Source: Narcine bancroftii | Lineage: Eukaryota | Reading direction: 5' to 3' | NCBI RefSeq assembly: GCF_036971445.1 | Contig: NC_091478.1 | Location: 35,030,001-35,094,000, forward strand | Length of the DNA stretch: 64,000 nucleotides | Shown: positions 14,661 to 27,628 of the stretch, in pieces | How positions within the stretch are numbered: position 1 is the first letter of the stretch | Layout of the letters: every line of letters begins with the position of its first letter | The notes under the pieces: model-generated | What the model saw: the letters and a program-made list of their open reading frames with translations, nothing else | Told to the model about the DNA's origin: nothing | Database searches by the model: none | Translations under genes and position numbers: made by a program

Positions 14661-14834
14661 ATATGTGGTAAAGGTCTGTTTGTTGACTCAAGAATATTGC
14701 CCTTTTGGATTATTTCCATTTGTGATCAGCAAAATCGACAACATGTTATGAAAACAGAAAATAGTGTCAATGTTTAGCATTGTAGGTAGTACTCATGGAC
14801 AGAGAGAGAGAGAGAGAGTTGACACATCAGGTCG

Positions 14835-15750
14835 AAAAGCTGAAAAAAACAGACAAATGCTGGAGAAACTCAGCAGGTCAAACAGTGCCTTGATGTAGCA
14901 AAGGTGAAGATACATCACCAACGTTTTGGGCTTGAGCCCTTCATCAAGGTGTGGGGGAACATGAGAGATGCCCGAACAAAAGGGGGAAGGGAGGGTTGGT
15001 GAGGGGGAGGAGTCCAGGTTAGGTGGAGAGAGAGAGAGGAAGTAGGAATTGGAATGGGGGGGTGGGGGCAGGAAGGAGGCAAACTGTGAAATGCAGTGAA
15101 CTCAATCTGCCTTGGCGTTGGAGGGTGCCCAGACAAAAATGAGGTGTTGTACCTCCAGTCTGCAGGTGGTCAGGGTGGGTGTGGTGGTACACCACCGTCC
15201 TACTGCAGGGGGCAACCTCTGTACCTGCAGGAGTGTAAGGGGACAGGACAACACCTGGCCGGCTGTCAATCAGTGGGCCTGAAGGGATCAAGCCCCACCC
15301 GGTCGGGTGTCAATCACCCTCCGGGATAGAAGCCTGCTCTGGCCTCCCGAGGCCTCACACAGAGTTGCTGCAGCCACAGCCAGCCTGGCTCTGCGGAAGT
15401 CTTTGTGGATTAAAGCCTGTTGTACAGTCTTTACCTTGTGTGTGTCTGATTCTGGCTAACAGTGCACCACAGTGGGGTCATGTGAAAGGCCATGGGTGGT
15501 GAGCTTGAGAGTGTGACTCAGAGTGGAAAGGGTTGGCTACGGGGAGGTTGCTTTTGTTGCAGACGGAGAGGAGGAGCTGGGCGAAGCGGCCGGTCTCTGG
15601 GACGGAGAGAAGGCCCACAGGGGATGGACCGGATGCAGTAAACGAGTTCTTTGGAGGCACAGGTGAAGTGTTGCTTCACCTGAAAGGTGTGTTTGGGACC
15701 GTGGCGAGGGAGGAGATGCGGGCACAGGTGTGACACCTCCTGACAGCCAC
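14835..15750 (-). mobile_element. Penelope-like retroelement fragment (GIY-YIG endonuclease remnant and terminal region)
   Basis: HTFQVKQHFTCASKELVYCIRSIPCG resembles the PLE FTC.S..VVYCI.C..C motif; terminal GAAGGGCTCAAGCCCAAAACG repeat. Confidence 0.7.
15180..15471 (+). mobile_element. Solo LTR (292 bp) inserted in a Penelope-like element
   Basis: Terminal inverted TGTGGTG...CACCACA, ATTAAA signal, 5-bp TSD GTGGG. Confidence 0.88.
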
Positions 15751-15799
15751 AGTTCTGAAGGTTCCCATTGTTGTCATTTCAGATCCATTGGCTGCAAAT

Positions 15800-16430
15800 G
15801 TTATTGACAAGAGTTCAGTCTGGTCGGAAGATCCGGGGCGAGGTTCATGATGCAAAAAAATCGAGGAGGCCAATGAACGGAATGAAGCTCGTCCCTTCGC
15901 ATTCCCATTCCCAAACGAACCCTGCTCAGCTCTCCGGAACCTGAACTAGAACCAGGGTCCAATAGACGAGCTGCGAGCTCACAGGTACTCCTCCCTCCCT
16001 CCCTCCCTCCCCCACTTTCTGGTTGCCTCCCACGCTGGGACGAAGCGCACAGGACGGGTGTGGGCGAAGGGGGGAGCAGTGCCCATCCGTCTCTTCCCCA
16101 CAGCCAGTCCGGGACACAGATGGGAATCCTCTACTCGGAGGTAAGTGCTGAAGGACGGGACCGGACCGGACCGGGCGGGTGCCGAAAGGTGCGAGCGTCT
16201 GATGCTGGAAAATGACGGGAGCAAGACATTGATGGACGGTTTTTACTTTCCCAACTTTTTCACGGTGCTTGCTGGAAGTTGGGCACTTTGGTCGCGTCGG
16301 TAGACCTGTATCAATTGGGTGTCATCGCTCTCCTGGGCGTGGGCCGGCGGGGAGAGAGACCGGACCTTGTGGGTGGTTCCCAGGTTAACGCTGGAAGGAG
16401 AAGTGACGGCGTTGTTTCTTCTGCTGGGTT
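15800..16430 (+). promoter_or_regulatory. CpG-rich promoter/first-exon region of ANKRD22
   Basis: Local CpG/GC enrichment around the ATG exon in otherwise CpG-poor DNA; CCAAT motifs near 15870 and 15959; GC-box-like GGGCGG. TSS cannot be determined. Confidence 0.65.
16120..16140 (+). CDS. ANKRD22: ANKRD22 coding exon 1 (MGILYSE)
   Basis: ATG GGA ATC CTC TAC TCG GAG followed by donor GTAAGT at 16141. Matches the known ANKRD22 N-terminus MGILYSE and sits in a CpG-rich region. Confidence 0.93.
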
Positions 16431-16440
16431 CGGAAGCAGG

Positions 16441-18490
16441 TGGGGGGGAAAACAAGGTGTGACCAAGTTGGGGGGGGGGAGGAGGGGGAACAAGTGTGAC
16501 CAAGTTGGGGGGGGGGGAGAGGGGGAACAAGTGTGACCAAGTTGGGGGGGGGGAGAGGGGGAACAAGTGTGACCAAGTTGGGGGGGGGAGGAGGGGGAAC
16601 AAGTGTGACCAAGTTGGGGGGGGGGAGAGGGGGAACAAGTGTGACCAAGTTGGGGGGGGGGAGAGGGGGAACAAGGTGTGACCAAGTTGGGGGGGGGGAG
16701 GAGGGGGAACAAGTGTGACCAAGTTGGGGGGGGGGGAGAGGGGGAACAAGGTGTGACCAAGTTGGGGGGTGAGGAGGGGGAACAAGTGTGACCAAGTTGG
16801 GGGGGGGGAGAGGGGGAACAAGTGTGACCAAGTTGGGGGGGAGAGGGGGAACAAGGTGTGACCAAGTTGGGGGGGGGAGAGGGGGAACAAGTGTGACCAA
16901 GTTGGGGGGGGAGAGGGGGAACAAGGTGTGACCAAGTTGGGGGGGGGGAGAGGAGGAGGGGGAACAAGTGTGACCAAGTTGGGGGGGGGGAGGAGGGGGA
17001 ACAAGTGTGACCAAGTTGGGGGGGGGAGAGGGGGAACAAGTGTGACCAAGTTGGGGGGGGGGGAGAGGGGGAACAAGTGTGACCAAGTTGGGGGGGGGGA
17101 GAGGGGGAACAAGGTGTGACCAAGTTGGGGGGGGAGGGGGAACAAGGTGTGACCAAGTTTGGGAGGGGGAGAGGGGGAACAAGGTGTGACCAAGTTGGGG
17201 GGAGAGGGGAGAACAAGGTGCGACCGGGGGGAGGGGGAGAACAAGGTGCGACCGGGGGGAGGGGGAGAACAAGGTGCGACCGGGGGGAGGGGGAGAACAA
17301 GGTGCGACCGGGGGGAGGGGGAGAACAAGGTGCGACCGGGGGGAGGGGGAGAACAAGGTGCGACCGGGGGGAGGGGGAGAACAAGGTGCGACCGGGGGGA
17401 GGGGGAGAACAAGGTGCGACCGGGGGGAGGGGGAGAACAAGGTGCGACCGGGGGGAGGGGGAGAACAAGGTGCGACCGGGGGGAGGGGGAGAACAAGGTG
17501 CGACCGGGGGGAGGGGGAGAACAAGGTGCGACCGGGGGGAGGGGGAGAACAAGGTGCGACCGGGGGGAGGGGGAGAACAAGGTGCGACCGGGGGGAGGGG
17601 GAGAACAAGGTGCGACCGGGGGGAGGGGGAGAACAAGGTGCGACCGGGGGGAGGGGGAGAACAAGGTGCGACCGGGGGGAGGGGGAGAACAAGGTGCGAC
17701 CGGGGGGAGGGGGAGAACAAGGTGCGACCGGGGGGAGGGGGAGAACAAGGTGCGACCGGGGGGAGGGGGAGAACAAGGTGCGACCGGGGGGAGGGGGAGA
17801 ACAAGGTGCGACCGGGGGGAGGGGGAGAACAAGGTGCGACCGGGGGGAGGGGGAGAACAAGGTGCGACCGGGGGGAGGGGGAGAACAAGGTGCGACCGGG
17901 GGGAGGGGGAGAACAAGGTGCGACCGGGGGGAGGGGGAGAACAAGGTGCGACCGGGGGGAGGGGGAGAACAAGGTGCGACCGGGGGGAGGGGGAGAACAA
18001 GGTGCGACCGGGGGGAGGGGGAGAACAAGGTGCGACCGGGGGGAGGGGGAGAACAAGGTGCGACCGGGGGGAGGGGGAGAACAAGGTGCGACCGGGGGGA
18101 GGGGGAGAACAAGGTGCGACCGGGGGGAGGGGGAGAACAAGGTGCGACCGGGGGGAGGGGGAGAACAAGGTGCGACCGGGGGGAGGGGGAGAACATGGTG
18201 CGACCGGGGGGAGGGGGAGAACAAGGTGCGACCGGGGGGAGGGGGAGAACAAGGTGCGACCGGGGGGAGGGGGAGAACAAGGTGCGACCGGGGGGAGGGG
18301 GAGAACAAGGTGCGACCAAGGGGAGGGGGGGGGGGAAACAAGGTGCGACCAGGGGGAGGGGGGGAAACAAGGTGCGACCAGGGGAGGGGGGGAAAACAAG
18401 GTGCGACCAGGAGGAGGGGCAAACCAAGGTGTGACCAGGGGGAGGGGAAACCATGGTGTGACCAAGGGGAGGCGGTAACAAGGTGTGACC
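16441..18490 (+). repeat. G-rich compound minisatellite in ANKRD22 intron 1
   Basis: 16441-17210: about 33-37-bp units GAACAAG(G)TGTGACCAAGTT-Gn-AG(A/G)GGGG. 17211-18302: 39 units of 28 bp GAACAAGGTGCGACCGGGGGGAGGGGGA. Degenerate tail to about 18490. Confidence 0.97.
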
Positions 18491-18641
18491 AGAATGAGGA
18501 ACTATGCATTATTCAGAAAATGGCCCCATCAGCGATTTCGGGTGAAATTGAACATACTGTGTTGGGGAATAACGTGTTGTTGGGGCAGAAAATCACTACA
18601 GAGGGTCAATTGCCCAGCCTTCAAATTCCTCTGACCTACGA

Positions 18642-18992
18642 TAATGGTTCCCAACCTTTTTCTTTCTGTTCACATTCCACTTTAAGTAATCCCTATGTAG
18701 TAAGTGGTCTGTGACGAGTAAGGGATTGCTTAAGGTGGGATGTGAGTGGGAGGGGAAGGTTGGGAATCACTGCTCTGACCCAATTGTTACTGAAATATTT
18801 TGCTTGAGAAAAATTGTCATTGGCCCATTTCCTTTGGAGTCATGAAACTGTGCACATAACGAGTCAATTAGGTAAGATTAAAACAGTGGTTTTCAAACTT
18901 TTTCTTTCCACCCACATACCACTTTAAACAATCCCTCACTAATCACAGAGCACTAATGGCATAGGGAATACTTAAAGTGGTATGTGAGTAGA
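18642..18992. mobile_element. Same hAT composite MITE, opposite orientation; partial copy also at about 62540-62700
   Basis: Shared unit and spacer sequence (AAATATTTTGCTTGAGAAAAATTGTCATTGGCCCATTTCC). Confidence 0.8.
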
Positions 18993-20622
18993 TTTTGCTG
19001 ACATGGCCAGTATTTTCATTGGTTTGTGAGGACCCTGGTGAATTGGTGCCTTGGGCCACTGCTGTTCTTCTGCTGAAGGGGCTGGCTGGGCAAGGAAAAT
19101 GTACAACTAAAATTTTGTGATGCTGTGAGTATTTCCAGGATCTCAGTGAGGTGTGAGTGGATGTGGAGTATTCTGGTTCCAGTTCACCTGCTGCTTGTGT
19201 GCTTCTTGGCAGCCATGATCATGGGTTGGTGGGTGTGGAGTTGAGCACTGTAGATGACAAGATGCTACAAAGTTGGAGGGAGTGGATGTTTATGGTGGTG
19301 AATTCTCCAGGATAGATATTCATCCAGGCATATAGAAAGTACTTTGTAAAAACACAATTCTGGAGAAACTCAGTGGGTCAAGCAGTGTACTTTATATAGC
19401 AAAGATAAAGATTCATAATCAATGTTTTGAACTTGAGCCCTTCAGCAAGGTATGACAAAGTGTAACCAGGCACCCGAACAAAATGGTTGGTGGGGGGGTG
19501 GGTGGTAGAGGTGCTCAAGTTTGAAATTTTGGTATGAATCTTTACCTTTGCTATATAGAGTACTGTTTGACCTGCTAAGCTTCTCCAACATTGCAGACAT
19601 GAATGAAGTGAAAACACAGACTTTCATGTTTTAATCGTGTAGAGTACTTCGTCAATTTCCCAGCTCGTGTATTCTAGCCACTGGATTTGGTGATCTGAAC
19701 ATGCTGCAAGCTTGTCCAAATAAGTGTCTGGATAATGGTGATGCTTTCCCATTCCAAACCACTTGATGTTCGTGGTTTGGAGTGGGGAAACAATTGGTTA
19801 CAATGGTGCAACTGATGTCAAGGATAGGTGGTGGGTGAAAGTAGTCATTGTCTGCCACTGGTGCGGTGTGAATGGTACTTTAGATTAATGAGCAAGTAGT
19901 TTGATTGAAGGCCTTTGTTAAGAGCATATGAAGCAAGAGTAGAAGATCTGGCCCATTGAGTCTGCTCGGCCATCCAGTAAAATCAGATCCATTTGCCTGC
20001 CTGTTCCAATAACCTTAATACTCATTCAAAAACCAATCTATTGTAATTAATATTTAACATGTTGCGCTCTCTCTCTCTCTTTTGCTAAAGATCTGATTCT
20101 TTCAGTCAGTAGAGGGATTTGTTGGGGGATATGAGTGTTGGTGACCTTGAGTATTTTTATCACTGTCGTCTTGTGTAATAATAGTTTGTTGTGGTTCACA
20201 AGCAGGAGACTACTAAGCCTCTTCAGGGTACTAAACCTGGCCAATCTGTGCCTCAGCATGTTTCATAACTCTTGAAGCTAATTTTTCTTGCACTCTTCCA
20301 TTTTTGTTGATTTTTTTTTTTAGTTGAGAGGAGAGCATTGCTCAAGTCATCTCCATGTAATCTGTAACTTCTGCCCTAAATTGTCCAATGCACAACATCT
20401 CCCTCACATGACGCTTTGACTCATTTCTGTGAGATTCTCCCTTTCCAGTTGGAGCCTGCTCCTGCAATCCTCTGACTTTAAGGTAGGAATGCTATGAAGT
20501 CATTTTACCTCAGGAATATCCTTCAGCCCACTGAGCTGGTCATTGTAAATATGTCCAGTGCTGAGAGGTGAGAGTATTCTTAAATGTTGAAGGCTTTGTT
20601 TTCAATGTTCATTTAACATGTG

Positions 20623-21046
20623 TGGATGGGTCACGTCTCCAGAATGGAGGACCATCGCCTTCCCAAGATCGTGTTCTATGGCAAGCTCTCCGAGAGAGAG
20701 GTGCACCAAAGAAGAGGTACAAGGACTGCTTAAAGAAATCTCTTGGTGGCTGCCACATTGACCACCGCCAGTGGGCTGATAACGCCTCAAACCGTGCATC
20801 TTGGCGCCTCACAGTTCGGCGGGCAGCAACCTCCTTTGAAGAAGACCGCAGAGCCCACCTCACTGACAAAAGGCAAAGGAGGAAACACCCAACCCCAACC
20901 AACCAATTTTCCCTTGCAACCGCTGCAATCGTGTCTGCCTGTCCCGCATCGGACTTGTCAGCCACAAACGAGCCTGCAGCTGACATGGACTTTTTACCCC
21001 CTCCATAAATCTTCGTCCGCGAAGCCAAGCCAAAGAAGAAAGAAGA
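20623..21046 (+). mobile_element. RTE LINE 3' fragment, same family as 35001-37425
   Basis: Near-identical to the 3' end of the long copy (RGAPKKRYKDCLKKSL...); ends GCCAAGCCAAAGAAGAAAGAAG. Confidence 0.92.
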
Positions 21047-21653
21047 AAAAAGATAACTTCCCTCAACCCATAACTTTTTTAATTCAGCAAAGCCTTTAGA
21101 TTTTAAACTATTAAATGTTGATAAATGGAGAGAGGTGTTGGTGAACTGCCCACTTGCTTGAGCTTTGTGTAAAGGTGCCCAGTGAGCAAAAGCTGTGAGA
21201 AATGATACTTGTGCACAAAATTGCAGTTGTGGATTGAAATGTGATGTGTTAGTTTAATTTTGCATAATAGCTGATGATGTGTCACTTGCTACTAGGAAAT
21301 ATCAAGATGTAGCTTGCAAAATAGCAACATGTCTCAGAATGGTTACTTAACAATCATAATCCTACAACTGGGGGCCCATCATTTAAATAAATGTTTTGAA
21401 TTAATTCTCGAGGCAAAGAGTTGTTAGCATAGAGTCCACAGCTGGTCACTTTTGATGTTGAACTTTTGACCACTTGCAGACTGGAGTTTTGAGCATTTCT
21501 AACAATAGTGCTAAATGGATTGTTGACTGTACAATTTTGTCTGAGGTGCCCTTTGTTTTGGATTACCGGAGAAGGTATAAAGGAATGAATGGAGCAAACT
21601 CATTGAATTGAACCAGTCTCAAAAACCTCCCTAAAAGCACATGATGTGCCACT

Positions 21654-21883
21654 CAGTGGCATAGCTAGGGGGAGCAACCACTTACCCCCCCACCCCCACC
21701 GGCACATTCTTTGGAGGTGCCACCTTTTTGAGTTGTGTGCTTGCGGCTCTCTCTCTGTGGTGCACTTGCACTGGTGGCCCACCGAGTGGTGTGTCGCGGG
21801 AGGAAGGGCAGTGAGTGCACAGTTCGGGGGGGAGGGGGTGCCACTTTTGGGAAATGTACTCGGGGGGAGCGGTCTGGCCACTG
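21654..21883. mobile_element. Possible hAT-like MITE
   Basis: CAGTGGC...GCCACTG termini, GC-rich interior with GTGCCAC repeats; TSD not evident. Confidence 0.4.
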
Positions 21884-23897
21884 GCATCTGGGGAGGAATC
21901 GCTCTGAATCTATTTATTTCTCCTTGGCTTTCAAAATTATGATATGTTAGTGATAAAGGGTGTAAGTGTAAATTGTTTTTTAATAAATAATACGTTGGAA
22001 GAGTGGACAGAACAAAAATTATAAGCTACCCACGAATTTTGTGTTGTTTACAAGCAAACAAAACTTGGCACAGAGTAACATATTTTGTTAAGATTTTATT
22101 CTCTACATTGAAGTACATTACTTTAAGTAACTGGTCTTTTGTGCGCACGTAAATTCACTGCGTTCACACACAAACAGGGAAGAGTGGTTGCGTGCCTTTT
22201 TATGTGCTCACTTCCCCTAATGCCAGAATCTGGCAATGCCCATGGTGCCACTAACTTATTGAAGGGGAAGAAAATTGCTCGTTGGCTAACATGGTCACAA
22301 ACACTTTGTAAGTTTATAAACTCAGACAAGCAGTCTTTGGATATTGTGAACAAGGAAAAATATTAATTAATTCAATGCCGATGCAATCCTGAAGAAGGTT
22401 CGCCAGTAGCTATAGTTTGTGAGGAGTTTGAGGAGACTTGGTCTGTTATCAAAGACTCTCAAAAAATTTCTGCAGGTGCATCATGGAAAGCATTCTGTCT
22501 GGTTGCATCACTGTCTGGTATGGAGGCGCCAATGCACAGGACAGGAAAAAAAAACTCCAGAGAGTTGTTAACTCATGGGCTCCAGACTTTACTCCATCGA
22601 GGACATTGACAAGAGGTGGTGTCCTGAGAAAGCAGCCTCTATCTTCAAGGACCCCCACCACCCAGGCCATGTCCTCTTCACTCTGCTACTATCAGGAAGC
22701 GGTTACAGGAGCCTGAGGACGTGCGCTCAGTGGCACAAGGACAGTATTTTCCCCATGGCCTTCAGATTTCTGAATGGACCTCTGACACTACCTCACTTTA
22801 TCTTGTTGCACTTAAGATCTTTAATCCATTCACCATGCAATAGACACCTAGTTATTTGAATTGTAGCAGAGGATATGTTCAAATTGCTTCGTGTTCCCAT
22901 GTAGCTTATTCCTCTCTATACCAAAGATCCTTCTTATGGAGGAGTAAAACATGATTTACTTCAATCACAGTGACTGCAGGCTTTCATGTTTTTCTCCTGT
23001 CTACTGCATAACTCCTGGAGAGATGCCGACCCTGAAGTTTTCCTTTGCTCCCCAAAGGGAGTTCTGTGGGGTTCGCTCTCTCACTACTCCCCAGCTGTAA
23101 TCCCTGCTGCTCTCAAGCTCTTCCTCTATGCCCACTTCTACAGTCTCCCCGTCCCGTTCAAGACCCCTTCTCTGGCGTGCCCTTCCTCCCTTATCCACCT
23201 ATTGCCTTCTGCCTGTGGGGCCCTGCCTCTCACCCCCCCCCCCTACTATTTTGTTCAGGTGACAGCTCACATTTTCATCATGCCTTGATGAGGGACTCAA
23301 ACCCAAAACATTGATATTGGTTAGGCATCTCTACATTTGCTACATAAACTACAGTGTTTGATCTGAGTTTCTCCAGCATTGTGTTTTTCACATTCTTATT
23401 CTTATGACTGTTCTCAATTCTGTTTCCCAAGCCTTTTCAATCCTGCTTTGGAGAAGTACAGGATTCTTGCCCTTATTTAAGGGCAAGGGTTCAAACTTCA
23501 CCAAAGCCTTGTGTAATACTGATGAAAGTGAGGCTCATTCTTGTAATAAGACTCTAAACCAGCCTGCCTTCCTGCTTAGATGTTTACATGGTTAAGACAA
23601 ATTTAGACGTACATACAGCGCAGTAACAGGCCATTTTGCCCCAGGAGTCCGTGGCGCCCAATTTAGACCTATTTAACCTACACCCCTGGTGTGTTTCAAA
23701 CAATGCTAGAAAACCTGAGCCCCGGGGAAAGACACAGGGAGAACATACAAACTACTTTCAGACAGCGTGGGATTCAAATGCAGTTCCTGATTGCTGGCAC
23801 TGTAAAGGCATTGTGCCAACTGGGCCATCCTATTATTACTTGGAGAGCAGAACATGCTCTGACCAGTCAGTCGCCCCTCAACCAAATTCTTCTAACC

Positions 23898-24246
23898 CAG
23901 GGTTCTCAACCTTTTTCTTTCCACTCACATACCACTTTAATGCTCCCTATGCTATAGGTGCTCTGTGATTAGTAAGGGATTGATTAAGGTGGTATGTGAT
24001 GGAAAGAAAAAGTTTGAAAAATCACCCCATTGACTCGTTATGTGCACGGTTTCATAACTCCAAAGGAAATGAGCCAATGACAATTTTTCTCAAGCAAAAT
24101 ATTTTAGTAACAATTGGGTCTAGAGCAGTGGTTCTCATCCTACCCTTTCCACTCACATATCACCTTAAGCAATCCCTGATTAATTACAGAGCACCGATTA
24201 CTTAAAGGTGTGTGTGAGTGGAAAGAAAAAAGGTTGAAAACCACTG
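23898..24246. mobile_element. Non-autonomous hAT (Charlie-like) composite MITE
   Basis: TIRs CAGGGTTCTCAAC / GTTGAAAACCACTG; 8-bp TSD TTCTAACC/GTCTAACC; two palindromic units around a spacer. Confidence 0.85.
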
Positions 24247-24819
24247 GTCTAACCGTAAACTACCCCAGGACCTCCAAAAATTATGTCTGCATTTCTATTA
24301 ACATTTCACTTTTTCTCTTGTATTAACTGCAACTATTTACTTACCTATCTTTTGTATTTATTACCCTTTTTCTGTCCTGGAATCCTGTGGTAATTTAACT
24401 TGTACTGTTGTAGTTGGTGAATCCTGAGTGGCTGCAGAAGGTAATCATTTCAGTACATCTGCACTTTGAATTTGTGTATCTGACAATAAACTTGCCATCC
24501 CTCGAAATAACTATGAATCTCTCTGCTGATTTTGTGAGCAAATTGGCCTCTGCATTTGCGACAAAACAGTGTTTTATTTTTCAAAAAGCATTTTGCTGCC
24601 CTTTTGAAATTGCCCAGGGACAACTTTAGAATATTCAAGGACTTCCATTTCACCAAGCTGCCCTTGACTTTTCCCACTGGGCCTTTTTTTTTTGGTAACT
24701 TCCTATTTGTGGTACTTTTTGTAATTGTGAATCAGCTTTTGGCCACATTTGTCTGCTTAGATGTAATTGGGTGTGTTAAACATTGTATTTCTAACTGTCT
24801 TGATTTTCTTTGTCAATCT

Positions 24820-25990
24820 TTTTATTGGTTTTAATACATAGGTACATATAGTAGTAATAAAGTAAGTTAATATCAAGTTACAAGTATTAATAACGATAAA
24901 TAAGGTGCATAATGAACCCATGAGTATTCAATGAAAAAAAGTAAAAGGGAAAAAAAAATTATTAACTAATAATCAAACCCTCCTCTGAGGGTTTCTGGCC
25001 AAGTTAAGGAATCCACAATTATGGGGTCATTTTCTTTTTTTTAAGAAAAACAGATGAATAATCTACAAATTTTGAAAGTAATTGAGCAAAGGACCCCAAA
25101 GAGAGAGAGAGAGAGAGAGTTAAGATTTGTTGCAGTAGCAGAACATGTAATTATTTTCTAGAGAAGGACATGCCATCACATCTGATAACCATAGAGTATG
25201 AGTAGGATGGACATCTCGGCAAAATGGCCCTTCTAGCAATGAGGGGAACAAAAGCCACTACATGGGATTGTGGAAAAAGTCAGTATTAAATCCACTGGCC
25301 CCACTCACTCCATAAATAGCAATGAAAGGTCCAGGAGTCAAACTAATATTAAGAACTAACAATAAAGTGAAAAATGCGCCTTGCCAAAAATTAAAGAGAG
25401 AAGGACAAAGCCAAAACACATGACACAACATGCCTTCTTACACATTTTTCACATTTAGAGGTAATATTAGGATAAAATTTATCTAACTGAACCTTTGAAA
25501 AGTGGGCTTGATGGACTGCTTTAAATTGAATTAGTGCCTAGCACAAGGAGATGATGAGTGAACATGTTTCAAAATAGAATCCGATGTAGTTTTGGCAAGT
25601 GGTGGTTGAAAGCCTTGTTCCCATAATTTCTTAATAGCACCCAGGGAACTATCCCTAGATCTTCCCTAGAGGAGTTCGTAAACGGCAGAAAGCAATGTTA
25701 TATGATTAGGTTTAAAGTTATATACTTCCCAAATCAAGTTAAAATCTAAATCCTGGGGAAGCCTCAATGTAAAGAATTTAAGAAGGTCCTAATCCATAAA
25801 TAACAAAACAAAATGATGTTTGGGTATTTTAAAATTTAATAGATAATTGTTCAACAGAAGCCAAGTGTTGGTCGATTATACAAATCTAGAAAAAAAGATT
25901 GGATAGCTAAGCTTAGCCATTGAGTATAACCAGTATCTTAGACCGAAGGTAGGAAAAAGGAAATGTGTAGAATAGGGCGGATACTTTGGA
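24820..25990 (-). mobile_element. Degenerate L1/Tx1 LINE 3' fragment
   Basis: A-rich tail and decayed ORF2 C-terminal similarity. Confidence 0.55.
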
Positions 25991-26881
25991 ATCAATGGTA
26001 ATGTGCTTTTCCCTTGCTTTGTGTGGTACCTTCAGGTTATTGTTTCTGCCCTATGTACTTTACCAAGACTTGTAATTTTTCAGTTTCCATTTCACTTCCT
26101 TGCCTTGTTCTGCATTGTTAACTTTTTTAATTGAGCCTCTGAATCTAATAACATTTATGTTCATTGTTTTGTTTAGATGATGGTTAATTGATACAAACAG
26201 TGACTATGGATATTCTCCAACTGATTTTTAACAAAGCCCTTGCCCTACCTTTGCATTCCCCTTTTATGAGGAGACCAATTACCTCCCAGTATAGACTTTT
26301 TCAAAATACTTCCACTTGAAGTATACTAGTTGCTATTTTTCTTGTTCCAACTTTAATTTTTGATTCCTCTACCATTAACCTGCAGCTTGGTATAAAACTT
26401 CGATGGCACATAATGCCTAGCAAATAACTTGTTCTTTATCATCTATTTCCTCCTCCTCAAGTGACATTTCCGTACACTGTAAAACTCTAATCGGGCACGC
26501 TTGTAACTTTATCAGACTAGAAGATTTTCTGGACCATCAACACTCTCTTTAAATTAACAGTATTGTATAATTCAGTGTTTTTTTAAATTTTAATGAAGCA
26601 CGGGAAGTGGAACTCCCAGAAATGGGAAGAGACCACGGCCAGTGAGTCAGATGCCAGTGGCATTGAGTGTATAATTCTAATTCTAGATGTTGTCAGAGTG
26701 TTCTCTCTTCACTTTGCCAGTAAAATGTGACTCTGGTTAATATTTTTCATATTTTTATTTGTACCAATGGCCTTTAAGATATTAAAACATCCTAACCTAT
26801 TCTATTATAATCTGTATTGAATGTGTATAATAAAACATGGATTCAATTTAATCTGAGGCTTAACAGTCATAACCCAACCCC

Positions 26882-27121
26882 TGTGATAGTACAGATCTAT
26901 CACCAATGTACATAGTGTATATAGTTACTGTATCTAGACTGTGCTTACAGCGATTGGCTGAGAGCTAAGCCACACCTATTGTTTGGGCCTTAAAGGGTTG
27001 TGTCCCTAGCCAGGTCGGATCATTCCGGACTGGTCGGCCACCTGTGAAGAGCTCCGGTCTTTTGCTAATAAAAGCCTTGGTTTGGATCAACAAGTCTTTG
27101 GTTCTTTCGACGAGCTCTACA
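26882..27121 (+). mobile_element. Solo LTR (240 bp)
   Basis: TGT...ACA termini, AATAAA near 27067, 5-bp TSD ACCCC. Confidence 0.85.
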
Positions 27122-27586
27122 ACCCCTTAAAACACTTTTTTTTCCAGTTGGGTGTGTCTGTATTGAGAAACAATGGAAAACGTTTTCCTTGATATTTGAA
27201 TCGTTGCTGTGATAAATGAATTTGAATCAGTAAAGGAAATTGAACTTAATGGAGCATTGTTGGGAGAGCTGAAATGAATTTACTTGATCTACGCCAGATT
27301 CTATAGTATTACCCAATTTCTAGACCATGTGATTTTTTTTTTTGGTCTGAGGAATTATTCTGGTTTCTGAATGAAGACGGCCAATAGAGTTAAAATAGGG
27401 AACAATTGTTGTAATGCTGTGTCTGTTCCTAGGATTGTGGAAATGGATAAGAGGAACAGAAGTCAAAAGAGCTTTTTATTGCCTCTGGATTTTGCAACAC
27501 GGTGGATTTAAGACGAACTTTTTCATGAATAGCAAAGACAATTGAATGTTGTGCTTTCTTGTTTAAAGAACAGACCCATCTTGTAT

Positions 27587-27628
27587 TTCTTCTTTGGCTT
27601 GGCTTCGCGGACGAAGATTTATGGAGGG
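27587..27628 (-). mobile_element. About 40-bp RTE 3'-end insertion
   Basis: Exact RTE terminal motif; no clear TSD. Confidence 0.85.

Noticed and set aside
1-16000. Coding exons of STAMBPL1 expected from human synteny
   Set aside because: No recognisable STAMBPL1 peptide found by eye; the region is dominated by TE fragments.
16441-18490. CRISPR array or immunoglobulin switch region
   Set aside because: No unique spacers, vertebrate context, and no AGCT-rich units or Ig gene segments.
16243-18714. Long Pro-rich and Gly/Arg-rich ORFs (386-740 aa) on both strands
   Set aside because: They arise because the 28-bp minisatellite lacks stop codons in all frames; intronic, with no coding signature.
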